Shown here piece after piece: positions 57,316-64,000 of a DNA stretch of 64,000 nt. This DNA comes from a bacterium (GTDB lineage Bacteria; Krumholzibacteriota; Krumholzibacteriia; LZORAL124-64-63). A program made the position numbers and the translations under genes. Every line of letters starts with the position of its first letter. The first letter of the stretch is position 1. The stretch spans positions 205,520 to 269,519 of the forward strand of contig JADJCK010000004.1 in the NCBI GenBank assembly GCA_016703265.1, written 5' to 3'. The notes beneath the pieces were generated by a model. The model made no database searches. It saw nothing but the letters and a program-made list of their open reading frames with translations, and had not been told where the DNA came from.

Positions 57316-58683
57316 TCACGATTCCAGTCTCTCATCGAGATAGGCACGCACGGTCTCCGCGGAATCGAACAGCCCGTACAATTGGTCCTCATAGCACTGC
57401 CGTAGAAACTCCCCCATGTGTTGCCCTGGCGCCATACCGCGGGCGACCAGGTCGCGCCCCCGGATCAGCGGCTCCGGCCGACTGGCCGTGATGCCTTCAG
57501 CGTCAGCCTTGGCTAGCAGCCACTTGCCGGCCTCGAACTCACCGACCTCGATCGGCGGGCGGCCGCGCTGATCCGCTTCCGCCACGCGCACCAGGCGGTC
57601 GATGCGTCCGACCCGGCTCGCCAGCCTCCTGATGGCGGCGGCCGACGCCGAAGCCTGGAAAAGCTCGACCGGACGCAGGTGCTCCGCGACCAGCGGACAG
57701 ACCTGGTCCACGAGATCCTGGTGTCGCGACATGCCGGCCAGGAAGCTCCGTGTCGGCTCAAGGCCGGCTTCGCTGTGACCCAGAGAGCGGATGCCCTCTC
57801 CGGTCGTCGCCGTCGTCAGCGGCTTTCCCAGATCATGGCAAAGCACGGCAAACCCGACGACGAGGTCTTCCCAATCGTCGCCAGTGCGCGCCGCGGCGAA
57901 TGCGTCCAGGCAATGGCAGGTATGCGTCCAGACATCGCCTTCCGGATGCCAGTATGGATCCTGCTCACAGCCGATCAGTGCCTCCACTTCGGGAAAGAAC
58001 CGCACCCATCCGCTTTCACGCAGGAAGCGCAGCCCGCGCGACGGCTCCTCGCCCTTGAGGATGAGCTTGGACCATTCCTCGAACACTCTTTCGGGGGCGA
58101 GCCCCTCCATGTCCAGGCCGCGACACAACGCAACGGTCTCCGGCGCCGCGTCCAGGCGGAAGCGCGCGCAGAACTGCATGCCGCGCAGCACCCGCAGCGG
58201 ATCCTCGGCGAACTGTTCCGATGTGTGGCGCAGTATCCGTCGCTGCAGGTCCTCGGCGCCTCCGAACGGATCGACGATCTCCCCGGTCAGCGGATCGAAC
58301 GACATGGCGTTGATGGTGAAGTCGCGGCGCCGGGCGGCGACATCCGGCGGCAGCCCGGGATCGGACTCGACGAGAAAGCCGCGGTGCCCGAGCCCCCGCT
58401 TCGATTCGCGCCGGGGAATCGAAACGTCGATCGGCCAGCTCTTGAGCTTGAGGATGCCGAACGCCTTCCCCGTGAGATCGACCGCGTGATGGCGCTCCAG
58501 CAGCGCCTGCACGTCCGCCGCGGGGATCCCGTACACCTCGAGGTCCAGATCGCGCGATTCCAGGCCCAGCAGGCGATCGCGCACCCAGCCGCCGACAAGC
58601 AGCGACCTGCCGCCATGCTGACGGAAGAGACGACAGAGATCTTCCGTGGCCTGCAATTCCGGGGTTGTCGGCTGCCAGTCCAT
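57316..58683 (-). CDS. cca: CCA-adding enzyme (tRNA nucleotidyltransferase with C-terminal HD domain)
   Basis: LVGGWVRDRLLG, RRDFTINAM, HD region LCHDLGKPLTT. Confidence 0.85.
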   Translation of the reverse strand: MDWQPTTPELQATEDLCRLFRQHGGRSLLVGGWVRDRLLGLESRDLDLEVYGIPAADVQALLERHHAVDLTGKAFGILKLKSWPIDVSIPRRESKRGLGHRGFLVESDPGLPPDVAARRRDFTINAMSFDPLTGEIVDPFGGAEDLQRRILRHTSEQFAEDPLRVLRGMQFCARFRLDAAPETVALCRGLDMEGLAPERVFEEWSKLILKGEEPSRGLRFLRESGWVRFFPEVEALIGCEQDPYWHPEGDVWTHTCHCLDAFAAARTGDDWEDLVVGFAVLCHDLGKPLTTATTGEGIRSLGHSEAGLEPTRSFLAGMSRHQDLVDQVCPLVAEHLRPVELFQASASAAAIRRLASRVGRIDRLVRVAEADQRGRPPIEVGEFEAGKWLLAKADAEGITASRPEPLIRGRDLVARGMAPGQHMGEFLRQCYEDQLYGLFDSAETVRAYLDERLES

Positions 58684-58719
58684 GGGCTGGGCCTCGCTTC
58701 AGTTGACCCGCCACCAGGA

Positions 58720-59470
58720 TCAGGCAGGATTGTCGATGTCGATGAATTCATGCTGGAGGTCGAACTGCGCGGCCACATGCTCGCCCAGCGCCGCCGCGCC
58801 CAAGCGCTCCGTGGCGTGATGACCGCACGCCAGGAAAGCAACACCCGTCTCGCGGGCCAGGTGCGCCTGCGGTTCCGAGATCTCACCCGTCAGATAGGCG
58901 TCGGCACCGGCGCCGATCGCCAGTTCGAACTGGCCCTGCGCACCACCGCTGCACCAGGCCACCCTGCGGAGTGGGCGCCCGTCACCCGGCACGAGCACCG
59001 GAGCGCGCCCCAAACGTTCTGTAACCAAGGCCGCCAGATCGGCGGCGGACGACATCGGTCCCACCGGCCCCACAAAGAGAAGTCCCTGTTCGCCGAGAAC
59101 CTGCTCGACTTCGAAGTCCAGACGCCGCCCCCATTGCGCATTATTGCCCAAGGTGCGATGGGCGTCCAACGGGAGATGATAGGCGAACAGGCTGAGCCCG
59201 GCGCGTATCAGGGCCGCCACGCGCCGGTATCGCCAGCCGACCAAGCGGACGTCCTGCCCCTGCCAGAAGATTCCGTGATGCACCAGCAGCGCATCAGCGC
59301 CTGCCGCCGCCCCGGCCTCGATGAGTGCCAGGCTGGCGGTCACGCCCGAGACGACCTTGCGGATCTCCGGGCGGCCCTCGACCTGCAAGCCATTGGGGCA
59401 ATAGTCGGCGAAGTTGCCAACTTCAAGCAAATCGAGAAGATAGCGCTCAAGGGCGTTGCGGTCTGTCACG
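58720..59470 (-). CDS. Nif3/YbgI-family dinuclear metal-centre protein
   Basis: GTG at 59470 with AGAAGGG Shine-Dalgarno. DYCPNGLQVEG...LLVHHG...AYHLPLDAH. Confidence 0.75.
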
Positions 59471-59729
59471 TCGAAGACCCTTCTGTGTGGTTCCGCTCCG
59501 GCACGCGGATGGTGGCCGAGCTGTGGCTGGCGGCAATGTAGATGCCAATCATGGCGAAGCCCAGATTGAACTTCAGGCTCTCGGTCGTCGCAGCCTTTGG
59601 ATGGACTTGTCGTCCGCACTTGGATGCTGTGACGGCGCATCAGACTTGGGGCCTCATAATATGAGCCGGCTTGGACTCGCGCGCGGGGACGGCGCATCTC
59701 GCTTGAACAGAAAGGAGCGCCACACCCAG

Positions 59730-60998
59730 TCACTGGGACGCGGGATTCCCCAGCATCCTCTTCGCCTGTGCCGGGCGCCGCAGCGCCTCGTAGGCCGAAG
59801 CTGCAATCCGCCTCTCGTCATCATCCCAGTCCCGCGGCCGTCCGTAGGGGCCCGCCCGTAGAGTCCGCAACGCGAGCGATGGCTCACCGACAGCCACAAG
59901 CTCCTCTGCGATCTTGCTGCGCCACCACCAGCCCCACGCGCGCTGGGCGTGCCGACGGCACATGAGGCGGTCCATGATCCTCCGACTCGTCGCTACGTTA
60001 CCGTTCGACCTCAAGAGCTTGGAAGCGAGGAGATTGAATCTGGTGTCCAGGTCATCACAGAGGAGGAGCTCCTCGGCGAACGCATAGACAATCTCCGGCC
60101 GCCGGTCTTCGGGCATTGCCTCCACAACGGAAGGAATCAGCGTTGGGCTCAGTTCATGGGGATCCAGCCGGCGTTCAATTTCTGCGCGCAGCTGGCCGGC
60201 CGGGATCTTGGCGACTGAGCTCATGAACTCTGAATCGGCTTTCAGGAAATCAAGCAGTCCACCGATGTCGACGGGTCCGTCGTCATACCATCCACGCATC
60301 ACCAGATCAGCGACGCGCCCGCCGGCCGCCACACCGGCGCCCATACGCGCCGCGAGTTCGGTGACATAGGTGCTTATCATGATCTCGAACTCGGCCCGGT
60401 TCCCATGTGTGTAACGATGATAGGTCAGGATCTCCCCGCGCTCCGTCAGAGCCAGCAAGCACCGCCCGACGACCGATCCCCGGCCGTCGCGCGCATAGAC
60501 CACGGCCTTGTTGGCACCGGCCGCATTCAGGACGGCGATGTGGAAGTTCATACCGTCGGGGGACAGGTATGTTCCGAACGGCGCGCCCATCATCATGACG
60601 CGCGCAGGATCATGCTCGATCTCCAGTTGCACCCGGGATCCATCACTGAACTCGGCGGCGCGGCGCGAGTCCCCTTCCAACCAGGGAGCCAGGTCGAGGC
60701 CCATCTTGCGCATGCGCTCCGCGAAAGCGTGATTGTCCGCATGGTCGTACATGCGCGTTTCGCCGCGAGCAGACGCCGCGAGCATCTGGTGCGCCAGCGA
60801 CCTGTAGCTCTCGGGGAGGCGCGCAGCCGCGCTGAACAGGATGCCGAAATCGCGCTCTCGAAGCGCTGCCGAGCCCAGCTCGACACCGAGAAATCGATCT
60901 GCAGCCGCGTGGATCTCAGCGTCCAATCCTGACGCGATCAGGGCCGCTTCGGCTTCACATACGCGTCGTTCGAGCCTGTGACGGGCTTTCTCGATCAT
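59730..60998 (-). CDS. hypothetical protein (~423 aa)
   Basis: ORF 59730..61202 (TTG start); ATG at 60998 is preferred. Confidence 0.45.
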   Translation of the reverse strand: MIEKARHRLERRVCEAEAALIASGLDAEIHAAADRFLGVELGSAALRERDFGILFSAAARLPESYRSLAHQMLAASARGETRMYDHADNHAFAERMRKMGLDLAPWLEGDSRRAAEFSDGSRVQLEIEHDPARVMMMGAPFGTYLSPDGMNFHIAVLNAAGANKAVVYARDGRGSVVGRCLLALTERGEILTYHRYTHGNRAEFEIMISTYVTELAARMGAGVAAGGRVADLVMRGWYDDGPVDIGGLLDFLKADSEFMSSVAKIPAGQLRAEIERRLDPHELSPTLIPSVVEAMPEDRRPEIVYAFAEELLLCDDLDTRFNLLASKLLRSNGNVATSRRIMDRLMCRRHAQRAWGWWWRSKIAEELVAVGEPSLALRTLRAGPYGRPRDWDDDERRIAASAYEALRRPAQAKRMLGNPASQ

Positions 60999-61198
60999 CT
61001 TCTGCCTCGGACCTGCCGCGGGGCGCGCGCGGCGCTCCTCAAGATTCGCTACTCGTCGGAGAAGCCGATCGCGTCGCGAATCAGTGGCCTCGACTGCCAG
61101 CTGCCCAGATGAACGGGCACAGATGTGGAGCCGCATTTCTGCGGATCTGCGGATGTGCATGGAGGCCCCGGGGCTATCGCAACGGCCGGCCAGCTGGG

Positions 61199-61696
61199 TC
61201 AATCGTCCAGATCCGGGAGCTCTTCGTCAGACATTACCAGCTTGAGGACGAACTGCAGTTCCGGCATCTGCTTACCATCGATCTCCGTGGCCAGCATGCC
61301 GCGCAGATGCGCCCGCCGCGCCCGCAGTGCCTCAAGAATGCCGTTCGTCGCCAGTTCCGCAGGCAGCTCGGCCCGGGGATCAATGGTCACACTGAGAACC
61401 GCCGCACCCCGGACGGAACGCACTGAGGCCACTTGGAAATGCCCAGGTCCGGTTGCGGCCGGGGCCACGGCCAGGAATGCATCCACGACCCGTTGTGCGG
61501 CCTTCCCAACACGGCCCGCGTGAGGGTTGGGCTTGTCACCGATCCGGGATGAGCGGTCGAGGCCGCGGCGGCCGTCGGGGCCGTCGTCCGCACTCAGTTC
61601 ATCGGTAAGCGTTGCGAGAATCCCAGGCAAACGGGTACTGGTTTTCCGCAGCCGACTTTCGAACTCGTCCTCGCCGGAGATGTCCCGATTGTCCAT
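61199..61696 (-). CDS. hypothetical protein (165 aa) with acidic C-terminus
   Basis: ORF only. Confidence 0.45.
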   Translation of the reverse strand: MDNRDISGEDEFESRLRKTSTRLPGILATLTDELSADDGPDGRRGLDRSSRIGDKPNPHAGRVGKAAQRVVDAFLAVAPAATGPGHFQVASVRSVRGAAVLSVTIDPRAELPAELATNGILEALRARRAHLRGMLATEIDGKQMPELQFVLKLVMSDEELPDLDD

Positions 61697-61820
61697 GTGT
61701 CAATTGTTCCGATCTGCGGAAATGGGTGCCAATGAACGGGTCATGCCGTTCAGGTCGTACGCGAGTTGCCAACGGCGCGAATTATCGCCGTTCGGGCTTG
61801 CGATGTTGCTCAATGCCGTT

Positions 61821-62375
61821 TCATCTAGAAGCCGGCGTTCCATCGTCTACCGAGGGTATCAGAAGTTCCGCAACCTGCTGCCAATTCTGCACGAACGTTG
61901 CCCACGGCGGACACTGCTTCGCGCCCCCAGGATCCCCAAACAGGTACAGATGCGGAACCACATCCCTGAGGATCTGCATGATGTGGATGCGATCGTCGAC
62001 GAAATGCGTGATTCCGAGATCACGGCAGATCTGAGCCTTGTCCTCGCGGCGCGGGCAGAATCGGACCTGATTCGCGCTCATGCGGGTGCGGGCGAAGAAG
62101 GCCTCAGCTTCAAGCCAACTGAGGGTCTTCGCCTGCATGCCCGGGCCGGCCTTCGAGACGATCCAGACATTGCCGGCGTAAGCCGCGACCACGTCGTGCA
62201 GCGCCTCGTAAACGCCGTCTCTGGCGATCAGCGGCCTGCTGGAATGCGCTACACCTGTTCGCGCGTGCGAACTATCCACGCAGCTCGTGGCGATGACCCC
62301 ACCGAAGTCGATGCCCACACATCCGTTCACGGACGCTCCGATCCGCGGGCTCCCGCACCGCGCCAGTAGTGTCAA
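61821..62375 (-). CDS. hypothetical protein with N-terminal GIDFGGV phosphate-loop-like motif
   Basis: Preferred over the overlapping +strand ORF 61527..62369 (Arg/Ser-rich low-complexity translation). Confidence 0.45.
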   Translation of the reverse strand: MTLLARCGSPRIGASVNGCVGIDFGGVIATSCVDSSHARTGVAHSSRPLIARDGVYEALHDVVAAYAGNVWIVSKAGPGMQAKTLSWLEAEAFFARTRMSANQVRFCPRREDKAQICRDLGITHFVDDRIHIMQILRDVVPHLYLFGDPGGAKQCPPWATFVQNWQQVAELLIPSVDDGTPASR

Positions 62376-62401
62376 CGCACACGCCGCCGCTCATGTCACG
62401 C

Positions 62402-62998
62402 CTAAATGTCCTGATAGGCCGCTTTGTCCGGCTTCTTCAGGGCGCGTCCCGTTACGCGGACCCTCCGCCCGACTACTCCCACGCTGTCTACGGTATTCAG
62501 CACGAAGCAGTCATCTGCACCAACGCCGTGAGCGCCGCACCAGATATCGAGTATTTCCCTCCCAAACACTTCGAAGACGAGCGCGAGCCTGTCCGGATCT
62601 GTGACGACCGCCTGAGTATCCGGCCAATCCGCGCCGCAAAGAGCAACTCCAAGCCTGTCGTCAGGATCATGGTCCTCTTGCGCCAGCAGCCGCCATTCCG
62701 GGAGATTGCGCTCCAAAAAGTCGCGGACATAGGTCGCCGGCAGTTCCAGGGAGTATTCTTCGTCCACGGCGCCGGGGGTGCGCCAGTGTTGACCGAAGTT
62801 CATCGTGCGAACTGTCAGCGCATCGACCGCAACCGCGTCGCCGGATGCCGTGCAACGGCATGATGGCGTGTCTGTATACATCACTCGCAGATCTTCACCG
62901 CTGAAGGCAAAGCCGAAGCACATCGGGTCCCCCTCGCGCTTCCAAAGCAAATCGCCATGCTTGCTGCGTTCCCAATTGTCAATTCGGCCGTCGGGCAT
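62402..62998 (-). CDS. hypothetical protein (198 aa)
   Basis: ORF only. Confidence 0.45.
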   Translation of the reverse strand: MPDGRIDNWERSKHGDLLWKREGDPMCFGFAFSGEDLRVMYTDTPSCRCTASGDAVAVDALTVRTMNFGQHWRTPGAVDEEYSLELPATYVRDFLERNLPEWRLLAQEDHDPDDRLGVALCGADWPDTQAVVTDPDRLALVFEVFGREILDIWCGAHGVGADDCFVLNTVDSVGVVGRRVRVTGRALKKPDKAAYQDI

Positions 62999-63000
62999 GA

Positions 63001-63549
63001 TTAACTTCCCAGCTCATCGATATACCCCACCCCCACCCCCTCCGTAAGCCAAACCCCATTCGCCGAAACAAGGAACACTACCCCTGCACGCGACATCTCC
63101 CCCGCCCGCACCCGCAGCACAACCGGCACGCCGTGCCGCGCTCCTACGCTCCGGGCGGTCTCCTCGTCTGCCGACAGATGGACGTGGTGCCGGGCACCGC
63201 GGTGCAGCCCCTCGCGCCGGATCACTTCGAGGAAGCGCGCGGCCGTGCCATGGTAGAGCACTTCCGGCGGCACGCACGGTTCATAGCCAAGATCGATCGG
63301 CACCGAATGGCCCTGGCTGGCGCGGATCCGTCGTCCGTCCTCGCTGATGGCGTAACGCCGTTTCTCATCCTGCGCCACGACCAGATCCAGATCGGCGCGA
63401 CCGAACATCCGCCCGTGAGCCGCACACGCAGCCAGCAGCGCGTCGATATCGACCCAACCGTTGGCGTCCAGCGCCAGGTCGACGGCATCGGGGCGATGCC
63501 GCAGGACGTAGCTCAGAAACCGACTGATGCGGATGTGCTTCTTTTCCAT
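63001..63549 (-). CDS. kptA: RNA 2'-phosphotransferase KptA/Tpt1
   Basis: [13 protein letters not shown]...GWVDIDALL...QGHS...LYHGT...HVHLS motifs. 182 aa. Confidence 0.85.
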   Translation of the reverse strand: MEKKHIRISRFLSYVLRHRPDAVDLALDANGWVDIDALLAACAAHGRMFGRADLDLVVAQDEKRRYAISEDGRRIRASQGHSVPIDLGYEPCVPPEVLYHGTAARFLEVIRREGLHRGARHHVHLSADEETARSVGARHGVPVVLRVRAGEMSRAGVVFLVSANGVWLTEGVGVGYIDELGS

Positions 63550-63603
63550 GCTCTCTTCACCGCTCTGACGACCGCCTGATCGCCTGGGTAGCCCACGCCC
63601 ACG

Positions 63604-64000
63604 CTACATCCTGAACACCTTCCCCCGCGCCACGAACGGCAACTGCCCACGCCGCGGCATCAGGAAGGCGTGCTCCCGGCGGATCTTCACCACGTCGCAC
63701 CCGCCGTCGGTGATGATCAGCAGCGGCCCCTTCTCCGGGAAGTCCTCCGCCGCCTCGAGCAGGTCGATCGCCGGCTGCAGTACTGTACCACCGCGTCCGC
63801 GCACCCGCACGCGGCCGGCGATATCCTCGGGGGCCAGGTACCCCTGGTCATACGGATGCGCGTCGCAGAAGACGACCCGGGCCAGCGGCACCTCGCGCGA
63901 CACGCAATAGCTTGCGATCGCGCCCAGCGCATGTGCGAGCAGCGGCCGCTCCATCGAGCCCGAGGTATCGAGAACCACACCGAAGGTCCGCGCCTCCGCC
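63604..64000 (-). CDS. VWA domain protein, C-terminal part (N-terminus beyond window end)
   Basis: MIDAS motif VLDTSGSM. ORF open to the window edge. Confidence 0.55.
   Translation of the reverse strand, partial: AEARTFGVVLDTSGSMERPLLAHALGAIASYCVSREVPLARVVFCDAHPYDQGYLAPEDIAGRVRVRGRGGTVLQPAIDLLEAAEDFPEKGPLLIITDGGCDVVKIRREHAFLMPRRGQLPFVARGKVFRM

Noticed and set aside
57679-59541. 620-aa +strand ORF spanning the cca and nif3 loci
   Set aside because: Antisense to two well-supported genes; Arg-rich low-complexity translation.
61527-62369. 280-aa +strand ORF
   Set aside because: Arg/Ser-rich low complexity. The overlapping minus-strand ORF 61821..62375 has more protein-like composition.

Overview
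High-GC bacterial window of 64 kb, probably proteobacterial (E. coli-type lipoboxes, Hanks-type kinases, RtcB/PrfH), with three blocks. (1) 0-21 kb: a Ser/Thr-kinase / PP2C / FHA signalling cluster in which three proteins carry N-terminal Cys4 zinc ribbons and one is a PP2C-phosphatase / trypsin-like-protease / FHA fusion. It is followed by a minus-strand operon of secreted proteins and lipoproteins, an Rv1747-like FHA-fused ABCG exporter, a small outer-membrane beta-barrel, an IS3-family element and a second receptor-type kinase. (2) 21-27.6 kb: a complete IS21-family element with 5-bp target duplication, inserted precisely into an HD-domain gene whose two halves still join in frame, next to a large HDOD-WD40-metallophosphoesterase fusion protein. 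(3) 27.8-64 kb: a dense island of RNA-end repair and ADP-ribose-processing genes around two tandem tRNA-Arg genes. It holds a Thg1-like protein with a P-loop kinase and an RNase Z-like MBL protein; RtcB; an rtcB2-prfH operon extended by a CPR receiver-domain gene and two unknown genes; CCA-adding enzyme; KptA/Tpt1; Nif3; a SpoU methyltransferase; a macrodomain, a NADAR protein and a frameshifted bacterial PARG; a DUF4291-like protein; a NIF/FCP1-like phosphatase; and two paralogous zinc-ribbon proteins of unknown function. Recurrent single-base homopolymer indels suggest consensus errors in the assembly. All functional calls rest on motif recognition by eye; no database searches were run.
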